From assembly GCA_016194635.1 (NCBI GenBank), contig JACQBC010000018.1, positions 2,784-66,783 of the forward strand: 64,000 nt of DNA, given 5' to 3'. The position numbers were made by a program, and so were the translations under genes. Shown piece after piece: positions 49,999 to 61,443 of the stretch. Numbering within the stretch: position 1 is the stretch's first letter; the number at the start of each line of letters is the position of its first letter. Below the pieces are notes generated by a model. The model made no database searches. It worked only from the letters and a program-made list of their open reading frames with translations, and was not told the origin of the DNA. The stretch comes from Gammaproteobacteria bacterium (GTDB lineage Bacteria > Pseudomonadota > Gammaproteobacteria > UBA6429 > Thiohalophilaceae).

Positions 49999-50373
49999 GG
50001 TTTAAAAGTTTGCACTTTTTACCTCGGCAGGCGCTGCACATTCACCTTCCGCGGTTAAGGATCGGAAGATTAGGTCATACTGAGATAACCCCGGTTTAAC
50101 AAATTACGCTGTTGTTGCACAAAACATTTACCCGCTATCACAACAGCGCTGGCCGCAACAGACACAATAGGTCTGTTACGCCGAAAGGCGACGCGTGCTG
50201 CAGGGTTGTTTATAGGTGTTACTGGCATTCTGGTTCCTGTAAAAATATGCACCAAAGACGGCACTTGATAAATCAACAATGGCGCGTAGTATATACCAAG
50301 GTTTTTTCTTTGCAAGTATCTCAGACAAGATTCTTGTTTACTTAGACAAACACATATAAGGTGCCCCTACCCC

Positions 50374-50976
50374 ATGCTAAAAAAAACCGCCAAAGATCCC
50401 AACGCCGTCGCCATCGGCCAACGCCTGCAACAGGCACGGCGCATGGCGCAGTTGACCAGCATCGATAAATTGATTTCCAAGGCACGGGGATGGGAACAAC
50501 GCCGTTCCACCTTGACGAATTACGAGGCGGGTATTTCCCTGGCCCCGCCCGAGGTGGCCTTGTTGTATCAGGAGATCACCGCTTGTTCCGCCTGCTGGAT
50601 CTATTTCGGTTCCGGGCCAATCCGTACCGTTGGCCGCGACCTGCAGGCGATTCGCCACCAGAATCTCAGCGCGTTGTACCATAGCGCGCAACAACACAAG
50701 AAAATTCCCGCCTTATGTAAACAACTCGGCGTCTCGCGTAAAACACTCGCAGAGCATTTACACAACCCTTTTTTAGCAATCTCCGCCCGACTCACCCGCC
50801 GCGCGGAACACTACGCCGGCAAACGCCCAGGTTATATGGATGAACAGCATATTGAACTGGACCCGATTTGCGCCAGCTTCCCCGATGACATGCAGCGCAT
50901 CATGGAGATTTATTCCAATCTGGAACCCACGCGACGTGGGTTATTGTTAAAAATTGCCGAGGCAATGCAGATTTAA
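50374..50976 (+). CDS. XRE-family HTH protein with a C-terminal domain of unknown function
   Basis: N-terminal Cro/CI-type HTH (IGQRLQQARRMAQLTSIDKLISKARGWEQRRSTLTNYEAG). No S24 peptidase motifs. Confidence 0.6.
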   Translation: MLKKTAKDPNAVAIGQRLQQARRMAQLTSIDKLISKARGWEQRRSTLTNYEAGISLAPPEVALLYQEITACSACWIYFGSGPIRTVGRDLQAIRHQNLSALYHSAQQHKKIPALCKQLGVSRKTLAEHLHNPFLAISARLTRRAEHYAGKRPGYMDEQHIELDPICASFPDDMQRIMEIYSNLEPTRRGLLLKIAEAMQI

Positions 50977-50979
50977 CTA

Positions 50980-51114
50980 ATGGCAGAGCAGATTAGCCTG
51001 AATTCAACAGGTGTACCTAAAAATCAGAACCTACCGGGCAAAAGTGAGATTGAAATCCAGACTGTGGATGGCGAAAAACAGCCGTTCCTCGTCATGGTGT
51101 TCAGATCTTGGTGA
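50980..51114 (+). CDS. 44-aa ORF coupled to the XRE gene
   Basis: ATG 4 nt after the XRE stop. [44 protein letters not shown]. Overlaps the speD 3' end convergently. Coding status uncertain. Confidence 0.25.
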   Translation: MAEQISLNSTGVPKNQNLPGKSEIEIQTVDGEKQPFLVMVFRSW

Positions 51115-51943
51115 TATTGCGCCCATAGAAAATTTCCAGCATTTCTCGCTCTAATGATTTACGCACGACCTTGCGTTTTTGTTCGGGCAGGTCTATTTCG
51201 TTAATCCCGAACATATAGTTATCGAGTTTGAATTCTTTCAAGATCATCTTGGTGTGGAAAATATTTTCCTGGTACACATTGACGTCGATCATTTGATAAA
51301 GCTCTTGAAAATCCTTGCCGATAAAATTCTGAATCGAATTGATGTTGTGGTCGATGTAATGTTTATTGCCACGGATATCGCGGGTGAAACCCCGCACCCG
51401 GTAATCCATGATCACGATGTCCGACTCAAAGCTATGGATCAAATAGTTCAAGGCGCGCAGCGGTGAGATCCGACCGCAGGTAGAAACATCGATATCGGCG
51501 CGAAAGGTACTAATCCCATTGGCGGGGTGGCTCTCGGGATAGGTATGCACGGTAATGTGACTCTTATCCAAATGCCCGACCACCGAGGTTGGAGCCCCGG
51601 GCCGAACCACACTCACCGGGCCGGGCTGCTCGTCGTCCTGATGAGGAGTTTGCATATCAGTGCTGACGGTAAACTCTTCCGAGATCAGCATGGTGACACT
51701 CGCCCCCTGGGGATCATAATCCTGGCGGGCGATATTGAGGATAGTGGCGCCGATGATCTGGGCCACTTCGGTGAGAATTCCGGTTAAACGTTCGGCATTA
51801 TATTTTTCGTCGATGTAGGAAATGTAGCTGTTTTGTTGATCCTGGGTATCGGCAAAATTAATATCATAAATATTAAAGCTCAAGGTCTTGGTGAGGTTGT
51901 TAAAACCGTGCAATTTGATCTTTTTATCCAATAATGATTTCAT
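51101..51943 (-). CDS. speD: S-adenosylmethionine decarboxylase proenzyme (E. coli-type class 1A)
   Basis: Matches E. coli SpeD essentially end to end ([18 protein letters not shown]...[17 protein letters not shown]...[11 protein letters not shown]). Low GC relative to the flanks. Confidence 0.9.
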   Translation of the reverse strand: MKSLLDKKIKLHGFNNLTKTLSFNIYDINFADTQDQQNSYISYIDEKYNAERLTGILTEVAQIIGATILNIARQDYDPQGASVTMLISEEFTVSTDMQTPHQDDEQPGPVSVVRPGAPTSVVGHLDKSHITVHTYPESHPANGISTFRADIDVSTCGRISPLRALNYLIHSFESDIVIMDYRVRGFTRDIRGNKHYIDHNINSIQNFIGKDFQELYQMIDVNVYQENIFHTKMILKEFKLDNYMFGINEIDLPEQKRKVVRKSLEREMLEIFYGRNITKI

Positions 51944-51962
51944 CGCCTGTTACCACCTCGCG

Positions 51963-52370
51963 CTAAGATTTGTTACGGTTACCCGCCAGGGGCGGATGAT
52001 AAATCATCTGGATCACCGTGCCGTCCGGTGCCTCACAGTAAAAACTCCGTGCCCCGTCACGGTGGGTCTTGGGGACGCTGCGCATTGGCACCGACTGCGC
52101 GTTTAAGAAAGTATACCAAGCATCGACGGCTTGTGGTGTTTCTATAATAATTCCGATGTGGTCGAGTCGCTGCTGGCCGCTGATCGGTGTTGTTGCACGG
52201 TGCAGCGCCAGATTATCGTGCCCTGAACTCAGATAGAGATTGTCAGGGTCGGGACGCCATTCCACCCGCATCCCCAACAGCTCAACATAAAATCGCTCAC
52301 AGGCGCCCAGATCGGGCACGTAGAGGGCGATGTGGCGTAACCCGAGTGTAGAGCCTGGCCGCTGTGCCAT
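51963..52370 (-). CDS. VOC/glyoxalase-family protein
   Basis: LRHIALYVPDLGACERFYVELLGM motif. Confidence 0.75.
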   Translation of the reverse strand: MAQRPGSTLGLRHIALYVPDLGACERFYVELLGMRVEWRPDPDNLYLSSGHDNLALHRATTPISGQQRLDHIGIIIETPQAVDAWYTFLNAQSVPMRSVPKTHRDGARSFYCEAPDGTVIQMIYHPPLAGNRNKS

Positions 52371-52436
52371 GGTGTTGTGCCCCTGCCGGAGGTCCCCAAA
52401 AAAGGACGCGTATTGTAAGCAAACCCAACCCAAAGG

Positions 52437-54074
52437 TTAAGCTAAAAATAGCCGTTCCCGCAGCCGTGGCCACAATGCCGCATCAAACGCCCGGCGCAAT
52501 ACCGTGGGCAAGGCGATACTCCCGGCGGACAGCAAGCGATCATGAAATTCCCGCAACGGCATGCTGGCCTGGGTCGATTGGATCTGTTCGCGCGCCGCGT
52601 TGATCAGGCTCCAACCGGTGGCATAGCCCATGGGCACCGTTGGCGCACGGCTGTACCAATACACTTCAGCTTCGGCTTGTTCGCGGGTAAAGCCTAATAC
52701 GGCCTGCATTTTCTGGGCACAGACCGTCAAATTGGCTTGGCGGGTATGGATCTCCACATCCAGCATAATCCGTAAGGCACGCCACAACCGATCCTTGAGC
52801 AGGACAAACTGCGATTCAGGCCGGTTTAAGAATCCCTGTTCACACATCAACTGTTCGCTATACAGCGCCCAGCCCTCGTACAGGGTGGCCGAGGTGTTTA
52901 CCAACCGTGGCACACTGCGTGACTGGGGGGCGCGGTTTGCAACCACAAATTGCAAATGGTGTCCCGGCCAGGCTTCGTGCACGCAGGTATGGCGTAACTC
53001 CAACAGATTATGCTCGCCCTCACTCTGCGCATCCTTGGGCAGGGTTACATAGTAAATGCCGCGCTGTTTCGTATCCGTGGGCATAGGCTGCCAATAGGCG
53101 GCGAACGGGATACGGTGACGCATGAATTGCGGGGTTTCAACCACAATAAGCGATTCTTCCGCGGGTAAACTCACCAACGCGTGCGCCTGAACAAATCCCC
53201 GTGCCGCCAACATATGCTCGCGGTAATGGCCGAGTAAGCCTCCCTGGGTGGCGAATTCCCGGCGAATATGCTCGGTCATCGCGGCGATATCGTCATCGCC
53301 GCGTAATTGACGGGTGACGGCGCGCAGCTGGTCCTCAACCCGCGCATACAGACGCTCGCCGAAAGCATGCAATTGATCCGCGCTGATATCCAACCCATGC
53401 CGACACTGCAGCCAGGTTTCAAACATACCCCGGCCGCAAGCGACATCGCCATGGGCTTGCGGGGCCAACTCGTGATCCAGGAAACGCGCGTAGTCCTCCA
53501 AGGCAAGGGCGGCCTGCTCGAATAGGTTATCCAGGCCGAAGGTTTGCAGACGAGGGTGATGGGTCAGTTCACGAAAATAGCCTGCCCCGATTTCCGCCTC
53601 GTGCACCGCGGCCTGCAACCAAACGGCAGGAATACGCTCCGGGGCCACGCGCAATTGGGTACGGGCACCCCGCAAATACTCGGGGATCGCGGCCAGACGG
53701 CCGCGAAACGCCGCCGCGGGATCTTTCACCTCGCGTACCGTCAATTGATAAATAGAGTTCACCGGCAAATAAGCGCTGGGATCGGTAATACGCCAATCTT
53801 GTTCCAACAAACCGCGGCGTTCGATACTGGCTTGGCCACGCATCAACTCGACATCAATATGTTGATCAGGGTGCAACGCGGTGAGATCCATCTCCTCGAT
53901 GGCGTCGAGTAATTTTTCATGCAGCCGGATCAGCGCGCTGTTGTCATCGTCCCCATAGGGTGTCATGCGGCCGGCATAACCTTCGATGCCGAGGTCCACG
54001 GCGGTGTCCGGGTGATGGTAAAACCATGCCCGGTAATATTCGTCCAATAAGCCGTGATAACGCTCGATTGCCAT
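52437..54074 (-). CDS. DUF885-family protein (putative metallopeptidase-like, HExxGHH)
   Basis: CVHEAWPGHHLQ motif and DUF885-like length. Start set at MAIERYHGLL. Confidence 0.65.
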   Translation of the reverse strand: MAIERYHGLLDEYYRAWFYHHPDTAVDLGIEGYAGRMTPYGDDDNSALIRLHEKLLDAIEEMDLTALHPDQHIDVELMRGQASIERRGLLEQDWRITDPSAYLPVNSIYQLTVREVKDPAAAFRGRLAAIPEYLRGARTQLRVAPERIPAVWLQAAVHEAEIGAGYFRELTHHPRLQTFGLDNLFEQAALALEDYARFLDHELAPQAHGDVACGRGMFETWLQCRHGLDISADQLHAFGERLYARVEDQLRAVTRQLRGDDDIAAMTEHIRREFATQGGLLGHYREHMLAARGFVQAHALVSLPAEESLIVVETPQFMRHRIPFAAYWQPMPTDTKQRGIYYVTLPKDAQSEGEHNLLELRHTCVHEAWPGHHLQFVVANRAPQSRSVPRLVNTSATLYEGWALYSEQLMCEQGFLNRPESQFVLLKDRLWRALRIMLDVEIHTRQANLTVCAQKMQAVLGFTREQAEAEVYWYSRAPTVPMGYATGWSLINAAREQIQSTQASMPLREFHDRLLSAGSIALPTVLRRAFDAALWPRLRERLFLA

Positions 54075-54084
54075 AGCGCGCCGG

Positions 54085-54516
54085 TTACGAGATCCCGGAG
54101 TCCACGTCCACAACCTCAAAGTCGTGGCTGATGGTGGCGGTTTTACCCAGCATGATGGAGGCCGAACAATATTTTTCCGCCGATAACTCGATCGCCCGTT
54201 GCACCGCCTGCGGATCGAGCTTGTGCCCTTTAACAATAAAGTGCACGTGTATTTTGGTAAAAACCTTGGGGTCGGTGGGTGCGCGTTCAGCGTCCAGTTC
54301 CGCCACACAGTCAACGATCGACTGGCGCTTTTTTTTCAAAATGGACACCACGTCAAACGCGGTACACCCGCCCATCCCCAGCAGCACCATCTCCATAGGC
54401 CGGAGGCCCAAATTACGCCCGCCGTGTTCCGGGGGTCCGTCCATGACGACCGCATGCCCACTGTGGGCTTCAGCCATAAAACAGACACCTTCTATCCACT
54501 TAACTCGCCCTTTCAT
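54085..54516 (-). CDS. OsmC-family peroxiredoxin-like protein
   Basis: OsmC N-terminal pattern (KGRVKWIEGVCFMAEAHSGH) and two Cys (GGCTAF ... KYCSA). Confidence 0.8.
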   Translation of the reverse strand: MKGRVKWIEGVCFMAEAHSGHAVVMDGPPEHGGRNLGLRPMEMVLLGMGGCTAFDVVSILKKKRQSIVDCVAELDAERAPTDPKVFTKIHVHFIVKGHKLDPQAVQRAIELSAEKYCSASIMLGKTATISHDFEVVDVDSGIS

Positions 54517-54738
54517 CGCTACGCCCTTTTACCCAGTACAAATAAGTTAGATTTCATCTTACTATTAGCCGAGGACCCTGCCACCTGTTAAATTCGTCAC
54601 CGTTTGAATGAATAAGGTGAAGCTGATCTCATTTTTTTTTATAGGTAATAGAATAACCTTGCGCCGCCATAAAAGCACTGGTATACCATGGCTAAACGAT
54701 AATAGATGTTCACCGGGGGTATTTCATAAAGGAACCAC

Positions 54739-55380
54739 ATGCCAATCGCCTCCCAACCCAAACAAACCGGGATCACCTCCCTCGACCGCTTTTTAGAGCA
54801 TTGCCATCGCCGCCACTACCCGGCCAAGAGCGTCATTATCTACGCCGGTGATAAACCCGATGTGCTGTATTTCATTATCGACGGCTCGGTCTCGGTATTA
54901 ATAGAAGATTCTGATGGCCACGAGATCGTCCTGGCCTACCTCAACCGGGGTGACTTCTTCGGCGAGATGGGCCTGTTCGGCGAAGAGCACAACCGCAGTG
55001 CCTGGGTCCGTACCCGCACCTCCTGCGAAGTCGCCGAAATCAGCTACGCGAAATTCCGCCAATTATATTCCGATCATCCCGATGTGTTATTCGCCATGGC
55101 CTCGCAAATGGCGGCGCGCTTGCGCAATACCAGCCGTAAGGTCAGCGATCTGGCCTTCATGGACGTCACCGGGCGCGTCGCGCGTACCCTGTTAGACCTG
55201 TGCAAACAACCCGACGCCATGACCCACCCCGACGGCATGCAGATCCGCATTACCCGTCAGGAGATCGGCCGTATTGTCGGCTGTTCGCGCGAAATGGTGG
55301 GCCGGGTTTTAAAAACCATGGAAGAACAGGAACTGATCACGGTCAAAGGTAAAACTATCGTGGTGTTCGGAACACGCTAG
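54739..55380 (+). CDS. crp: cAMP receptor protein (Crp/Vfr)
   Basis: cNMP-binding domain ([10 protein letters not shown]) and C-terminal Crp HTH ([20 protein letters not shown]). Confidence 0.9.
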   Translation: MPIASQPKQTGITSLDRFLEHCHRRHYPAKSVIIYAGDKPDVLYFIIDGSVSVLIEDSDGHEIVLAYLNRGDFFGEMGLFGEEHNRSAWVRTRTSCEVAEISYAKFRQLYSDHPDVLFAMASQMAARLRNTSRKVSDLAFMDVTGRVARTLLDLCKQPDAMTHPDGMQIRITRQEIGRIVGCSREMVGRVLKTMEEQELITVKGKTIVVFGTR

Positions 55381-55384
55381 ATAA

Positions 55385-56188
55385 TCAATAAAACAATTCT
55401 TTTAGCTTGGCGCCGGGATCCTCTGCCCGCATCAAAGCTTCACCGACTAAAAACCCATGCACCCCGTGGCTGCGCATGAGTTTTACGTCGGCGGGGGTTA
55501 AAATCCCACTTTCGGTAATCACCAATCGATCAGGTGGAATGGCGTTTAACACATCCAACGTCGTGGATAATTTGGTTTCAAAGCTACGCAGGTTGCGATT
55601 ATTAATTCCAATTAAGGGGGCATCCGCCTGGATAGCGCGTTCGAGTTCACTGCGGTCGTGGACCTCGGTTACTACGTCCATCCCCAAATGAAACGCTAAA
55701 CGCATCAACTCGGTCAACAACGCATCCTCCAAGGCCGCCATGATCAATAAAATACAATCGGCGTTCAGCGCACGCGCCTCGTATACCTGGTAGGGATCGA
55801 TAATAAAATCTTTGCGGATCACCGGCAGCGCGCAGGCTGCACGCGCCTGTTGCAAATCAACATCCGCGCCTTGGAAGAAATCCACATCGGTTAGTACCGA
55901 CAAACAGGCCGCGCCCGCGCGGGCATACGATTTAGCAATGTCGGCTGGATTAAAGTCGGGCCGTAACACCCCTTTACTGGGCGAGGCCTTTTTTATTTCG
56001 GCAATGACCGCGGGTGATCCCTGATCAATCTTGGCTTGTAACGCTGCCATAAACCCGCGCGGCGGATCCGCCTGTTGCAAACGCTCGCCCAATTGACACA
56101 AGGAGACCTGCGCGCTGCGTGCCGCGATCTCCTCGGTTTTGCGCGCTAGGATCCTCTGCAGGATATCGGGGGTCGTATGCATCGTCAT
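55385..56188 (-). CDS. trpC: Indole-3-glycerol phosphate synthase
   Basis: Conserved TrpC motifs ([28 protein letters not shown]). Confidence 0.9.
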   Translation of the reverse strand: MTMHTTPDILQRILARKTEEIAARSAQVSLCQLGERLQQADPPRGFMAALQAKIDQGSPAVIAEIKKASPSKGVLRPDFNPADIAKSYARAGAACLSVLTDVDFFQGADVDLQQARAACALPVIRKDFIIDPYQVYEARALNADCILLIMAALEDALLTELMRLAFHLGMDVVTEVHDRSELERAIQADAPLIGINNRNLRSFETKLSTTLDVLNAIPPDRLVITESGILTPADVKLMRSHGVHGFLVGEALMRAEDPGAKLKELFY

Positions 56189-56348
56189 CGCTTTATTATG
56201 GAGTCACATGGACAGGATACCCCCCACCAAGACACGCCGTCACTACATCCCTATGGGCTCGACAGCAGCATCCCTGCGACGGACGGTCTTGGTGGGGGGG
56301 TATCCTGTCCATACACCTCATTAGTAAATAGCAAAATATAATAATCCT

Positions 56349-57368
56349 TTATTTAAAGGACCGCGACAACCGCACCAGCGCATTCAGTTTTTGTAACGCC
56401 GCACCCGAATCTAGCATTTGTTGCGCTTGGCCCACCCCAGCGGCAATGTCCCGCGCCAACCCGGCCACATACAAGGCCGCGGCGGCATTGAACACCACGA
56501 TATCGCGCGCCGGTCCGTGATGGCCCTCCAAAACTAACTTCATCATGCCCAAGGACTGGGCGGGATCGCGGACGGTTAATTCTTGCAGCTTACCCGGTTC
56601 TAAACCGAAGTCTTGCGGTTTTATCGAATAGGTCGTGACCTTGCCCAGGCGTAACTCGGCCACCTGGGTCGGAGCCGAAATGCTGATCTCATCCATCCCA
56701 TCGTCCGAATGCACCACCATGACATGGCGACTGCCCAGTTTATTCAACACCTGGGCTAACGGTTCTAGCCAGTGTTGACTAAATACCCCGAGTAATTGAT
56801 TTGGCGCGCCCGCCGGATTGGTCAAGGGACCCAGAAGATTAAAAATGGTACGCACGCCCATCTCACGCCGTGGACCAATTGCATGTTGCATCGCGCCATG
56901 ATGTTTGGGCGCGAACATAAACCCCACGCCGATCTCATTAATACAGCGCGCCACCTGCTCGGGGCCTAACTCCAGATTTACCCCCGCGGCCTCCAACACA
57001 TCCGCGCTACCGGATTTACTCGACACCGAACGATTACCGTGTTTGGCCACCTTGCCGCCGGCCGCCGCGACGATAAAACAACAGGTGGTGGAAATATTAA
57101 AGGTACTGGATCCATCCCCACCGGTACCCACGATATCAACCACGTGTTCACCGTTAAGCTTCACACCTGTCGCCAACTCCCGCATCACCTGCGCCGCAGC
57201 CGCGATTTCATCGACGCTTTCACCCTTCATGCGTAAACCGATCAGAAACCCACCGATCTGCGCTTGTGTGGCCGCGCCGGTCATGATCAAGCGCATTACC
57301 GCGCGCATCTCTTCGTGACTGAGAGGGCGCCGTTCAGTAACGGCTTTAATCGCAGCTTGCATATCCAT
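56349..57368 (-). CDS. trpD: Anthranilate phosphoribosyltransferase
   Basis: GTGGDG motif and TrpD N-terminal helices. Start set at [10 protein letters not shown]. Confidence 0.9.
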   Translation of the reverse strand: MDMQAAIKAVTERRPLSHEEMRAVMRLIMTGAATQAQIGGFLIGLRMKGESVDEIAAAAQVMRELATGVKLNGEHVVDIVGTGGDGSSTFNISTTCCFIVAAAGGKVAKHGNRSVSSKSGSADVLEAAGVNLELGPEQVARCINEIGVGFMFAPKHHGAMQHAIGPRREMGVRTIFNLLGPLTNPAGAPNQLLGVFSQHWLEPLAQVLNKLGSRHVMVVHSDDGMDEISISAPTQVAELRLGKVTTYSIKPQDFGLEPGKLQELTVRDPAQSLGMMKLVLEGHHGPARDIVVFNAAAALYVAGLARDIAAGVGQAQQMLDSGAALQKLNALVRLSRSFK

Positions 57369-57424
57369 CGTGATCTCCAACTATCAAAACCGGGTTGCAA
57401 TACCTCGTTGAAAACAATCTTACC

Positions 57425-57592
57425 CATTCGGGGTCAGGGTACCCACCCTGTAGTGACCGTCGGCGACAGGGACGATGTACAGGGAAGTACACGTGTCGCG
57501 GTAGGCAGGGATGTCGTGAGCGACTGTCGCCGTCAAGCGTACCAGGATGTATTCACAGCGACTCACTACAGGGTGGGCACCCTAACCCGGGT
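57425..57592. repeat. MITE-like element: ~30-bp near-perfect terminal inverted repeats flanking ~100 bp, with inner inverted repeats
   Basis: GGGTCAGGGTACCCACCCTGTAGTGAC ... GTCACTACAGGGTGGGCACCCTAACCC. Inner GTCGGCGACAG / CTGTCGCCGTC. Located in the 213-bp trpG-trpD gap. Confidence 0.6.
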
Positions 57593-58180
57593 TTAACCGG
57601 CATAACGCCGCAAAAAATTCCGCAACAGGTCATGGCCGTGTTGGGTCAAGATCGATTCAGGGTGAAACTGCACCCCTTCCAGTGCAAACTCTTTGTGTCG
57701 CACGCCCATGATCTCATCCAGCTCACCGGCCGCATTGTGTGTCCAGGCGGTTATTTCTAAACACGCGGGCGCGGATTGTTTCTCGATCACCAAGGAGTGA
57801 TACCGCGTCGCCTCAAACGGTACAGGTAACCGCTCGAATACCCCCTGGCTGTTGTGCTGAATCATCGAGGTCTTACCGTGCATGATCGCCCTGGCGCGTA
57901 CTATATTACCGCCAAACGCCTGGCCGATACTCTGGTGTCCCAAGCATACCCCCAGCATAGGAATTTGCCCGGCAAAACGTTGGATTGCCGGCACCGAGAT
58001 GCCGGCTTGCAGCGGCGTGCACGGCCCGGGCGAGATCACGATATAACGCGGCTTGAGTTTGGCGATCTCATCCAAGTGGATCTGATCGTTGCGGTAGACG
58101 CGAACGTCTTCACCCAGCTCACCAAAATACTGCACCAGGTTGTAGGTAAAAGAATCGTAGTTGTCGATCATTAATAACAT
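57593..58180 (-). CDS. trpG: Anthranilate synthase component II (glutamine amidotransferase)
   Basis: [14 protein letters not shown]..., catalytic GVCLGHQ. Confidence 0.9.
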   Translation of the reverse strand: MLLMIDNYDSFTYNLVQYFGELGEDVRVYRNDQIHLDEIAKLKPRYIVISPGPCTPLQAGISVPAIQRFAGQIPMLGVCLGHQSIGQAFGGNIVRARAIMHGKTSMIQHNSQGVFERLPVPFEATRYHSLVIEKQSAPACLEITAWTHNAAGELDEIMGVRHKEFALEGVQFHPESILTQHGHDLLRNFLRRYAG

Positions 58181-58207
58181 AAATCCTCTCCATGTCGGAC
58201 GCCACAA

Positions 58208-59692
58208 TTAGTGATGCGTCCCATCTAATCCCGCCTCGGCCTTGGCCACCGCGCGAAACAGCGCGCGCCCTTTATTCATGGTCTCGTCCCATTCATTACG
58301 CGGCACCGAGTCGTATACCACACCGGCACCGACCTGAATATGCAATTGTTTATCCTTGATCACCGCGGTGCGGATTGCAATTGCCGTGTCCATCGTGCCC
58401 GACCAGCCAAGATACCCCACCGCGCCGGCATAAACTCCACGTTTAACCGGTTCGAGTTCATCGATGATCTCCATCGCACGGATCTTCGGCGCGCCACTGA
58501 CGGTACCGGCCGGAAATGTAGCCCGCAAGACATCCATCGCACGGCTACCGGGCTGGATCCGGCCGACCACATTAGAAACGATGTGCATGACATGCGAATA
58601 ACGTTCGATGATCATCTTATCGGTGACTTGTACCGATCCAATCTGAGCGATCCGGCCCACGTCATTCCGGCCCAAATCAATTAACATCAAATGCTCGGCG
58701 AGCTCCTTGGGGTCGGCGAGTAATTCGCACTCCAAGAGGAGATCCTCTGATTCATTGGCACCGCGCGGCCGTGTGCCGGCAATCGGCCGTACCGTTACCA
58801 CGTCGTCTTCCAGGCGCACTAAAATTTCCGGCGATGAACCCACGATATGGAAATCGCCCAGGTCCAGATAAAACATATAGGGCGATGGATTGACGCTGCG
58901 TAAGGCACGGTATAAATCGATGGGCCGCGCCGCAAACGGGATCGACAACCGTTGCGATAACACCACTTGCATCACGTCACCGGCGCTGATGTATTGTTTG
59001 ATCTTATCTACCGCTTGTTCAAACCCCGTTTGGGTGAATCCGGAAATAAAATCCTGCTCGTTAACCCGGCGGCGCTGCGGCATCACATGGCGTGGCGTGG
59101 CGCGATCCAACATGCCAATGAGTTGATCAATACGCGTCTGCGCCTGGTCATAGGCGTCGTTTACGGCGGGATCGGCGTGGACTACAACGTATAACTTGCC
59201 GCTTAAATTATCGAAAGCGAGGATCTCTTCTGACACCATTAACAAGATATCGGGTACCTTTAAGGGATCGGGCTGAGCAGCCTTGGCGAGTTTAGGTTCA
59301 ATATAACGGATCGTGTCATAGCCGAAATACCCGACCAATCCCCCGGTAAAACGCGGCAAACCCGCTAGGCGCGGTACACGAAACTGCGCGGCGAATTGCT
59401 CGATCCAGGCCAGGGGATCCTCCACCGAGTGACTGGCGCAAAGCTGCCCATCGGTAAAAACATTGATGTTGTGTTGTTCGATACGCAACACTTGCCGGCA
59501 CGGCAACCCAATGAAGGAGTAACGCCCCCATTTTTCACCGCCCTGCACCGATTCAAACAAATACGAATACGGCCCGTCGGCCAATTTCAAATAGGTACTT
59601 AAAGGAGTATCAAGATCGGCGAGCACCTCGCGCATGATCGGAATACGGTTGTAGCCTTGCGCAGCAAGGGCTTGGAATTCCTGGGGTGTCAT
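58208..59692 (-). CDS. trpE: Anthranilate synthase component I
   Basis: Chorismate-binding domain motifs. Start set at MTPQEFQAL. Confidence 0.9.
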   Translation of the reverse strand: MTPQEFQALAAQGYNRIPIMREVLADLDTPLSTYLKLADGPYSYLFESVQGGEKWGRYSFIGLPCRQVLRIEQHNINVFTDGQLCASHSVEDPLAWIEQFAAQFRVPRLAGLPRFTGGLVGYFGYDTIRYIEPKLAKAAQPDPLKVPDILLMVSEEILAFDNLSGKLYVVVHADPAVNDAYDQAQTRIDQLIGMLDRATPRHVMPQRRRVNEQDFISGFTQTGFEQAVDKIKQYISAGDVMQVVLSQRLSIPFAARPIDLYRALRSVNPSPYMFYLDLGDFHIVGSSPEILVRLEDDVVTVRPIAGTRPRGANESEDLLLECELLADPKELAEHLMLIDLGRNDVGRIAQIGSVQVTDKMIIERYSHVMHIVSNVVGRIQPGSRAMDVLRATFPAGTVSGAPKIRAMEIIDELEPVKRGVYAGAVGYLGWSGTMDTAIAIRTAVIKDKQLHIQVGAGVVYDSVPRNEWDETMNKGRALFRAVAKAEAGLDGTHH

Positions 59693-59852
59693 GATGTCAC
59701 CTGGTCGTTTTCTTGCCGACCGCATCGCGTCGGCGTATTACACACAATACAAAAACCTAGGGAGCAGTTAGCGATGCCGCCACCATCGTTTGTTGTATGC
59801 GAATGCGTAATTCATTTGTCTTGTCACCAGGTAAGAATAGATCGGATTATGC

Positions 59853-60554
59853 CTAGGCCACTCCTGTTTGCCTAGCCCCTTCCAGCAGATTTTTCAGCTC
59901 GACCATCGAATCGATGACCGCATCGGGCTTAGCGGTGTGGATATCCAAACCATGATTATAGCCATAACTCATGCACACGATTTGAAAACCCGCGGCGCGG
60001 GCAGCCTGCACATCGCTCACCGAGTCACCGATCATCAAGGACTCCTTAGGCGAAACCCCGTAATGTTTCGAGACATATAATAAAGGCGCGGGGTCGGGCT
60101 TTTTAAGCGTCAGGGTATCGCCGCTGACCACAATACCGAAATCATCATAGACCGCCAGATCCCGCAACAACGGTTCGGTGAACTGCGCCGCTTTGTTGGT
60201 AACGCAGCCTAGTTTGTAACCGGCGTGTTTTAAATACGCCAAGCCCTCCCGCACGCCGGGGAATAACACGCTGCGTTTGCTGGTGTTTTCGCGGTACAGC
60301 TCGATAAAGATCGGGTAAGCCCGTTGGTATAAAGCGCTGTCGGGTTGACCCTCGAGTTGACCGATCAAGGCACGCTGCACCAAACGTTCTACCCCGTTGC
60401 CTACCCAGTGGCGGACCCGGTCCTCGCCCTGAGGGGGCATGCCTAGCTGCCGCAACATGGCATCTACACAAAACGCCAGATCCGGCACACTATCGACCAA
60501 CGTGCCATCGACATCGATCAAGATCATTTTGGGTTTGGTTAACATATATGGCAA
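59853..60554 (-). CDS. gph: Phosphoglycolate phosphatase (HAD family)
   Basis: HAD motif I LIDVDGTLVDS. Position next to rpe as in many proteobacteria. Confidence 0.8.
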   Translation of the reverse strand: MPYMLTKPKMILIDVDGTLVDSVPDLAFCVDAMLRQLGMPPQGEDRVRHWVGNGVERLVQRALIGQLEGQPDSALYQRAYPIFIELYRENTSKRSVLFPGVREGLAYLKHAGYKLGCVTNKAAQFTEPLLRDLAVYDDFGIVVSGDTLTLKKPDPAPLLYVSKHYGVSPKESLMIGDSVSDVQAARAAGFQIVCMSYGYNHGLDIHTAKPDAVIDSMVELKNLLEGARQTGVA

Positions 60555-60579
60555 TCCTTGCAGATCAATACTCGGTTGA

Positions 60580-61269
60580 TTATTTTACTTTCGCCAATTC
60601 ATCCCGTAGCGCCTTCAGCACGCTGTCGTAACGGTTCGGATCGGTGGGCTTGGCGGCGTTGAAAATCGCCGAACCGGCCACGAAGGTATCGGCACCGGCT
60701 TCGGCGATCTGTTTGATATTATCTACTTTTACACCGCCATCGATCTCTAAACGGATCTCGCGGCCACTGGCCTTGATCAGGGCCTTGGCCTCGCGCAATT
60801 TATCCAACACCCCGGTAATGAATTTCTGTCCCCCAAATCCCGGATTCACCGACATCAATAAAATCATATCGATTTTATCCATCACGTAGCGCAGATGATC
60901 CAACGGTGTGGCGGGATTAAACACCAAACCGGATTTACAGCCGCTATCGCGGATCAACCCCAGGGTACGATCAATGTGTTCCGAGGCTTCGGGGTGGAAG
61001 GTAATATAGGTTGCCCCGGCCTGCGCGAAATCCGGGATAATGCGATCCACCGGCTTGACCATCAAGTGCACATCGATCGGCGCCTTGACCCCGTGTTTGC
61101 GCAGCGCTTCGCATACCAACGGGCCAATGGTTAAATTCGGAACGTAGTGGTTGTCCATCACATCAAAGTGGACAATATCGGCACCGGATTTTAATACCTG
61201 GTCCACTTCTTCCCCCAGCCGGGCAAAATTCGCCGACAATATCGACGGGGCAATCATATAATTCGCCAT
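60580..61269 (-). CDS. rpe: Ribulose-phosphate 3-epimerase
   Basis: Near-colinear with E. coli Rpe ([16 protein letters not shown]...[14 protein letters not shown]). Confidence 0.95.
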   Translation of the reverse strand: MANYMIAPSILSANFARLGEEVDQVLKSGADIVHFDVMDNHYVPNLTIGPLVCEALRKHGVKAPIDVHLMVKPVDRIIPDFAQAGATYITFHPEASEHIDRTLGLIRDSGCKSGLVFNPATPLDHLRYVMDKIDMILLMSVNPGFGGQKFITGVLDKLREAKALIKASGREIRLEIDGGVKVDNIKQIAEAGADTFVAGSAIFNAAKPTDPNRYDSVLKALRDELAKVK

Positions 61270-61443
61270 AACAATATCCTCAACAATTCAGTCTAACAAA
61301 CCGTGAACCCACGGCAGCTTTAGGTAGCTGCAAAGCGTCGCACACTCTACCTTATCAGCCATGAAAATGCAGCCTTCTGAACGAGCAGGTTTGGGCCTAT
61401 ACTGCAGAGTGTGAACTGCAATACAACCCCGAGACTAGTGGCC

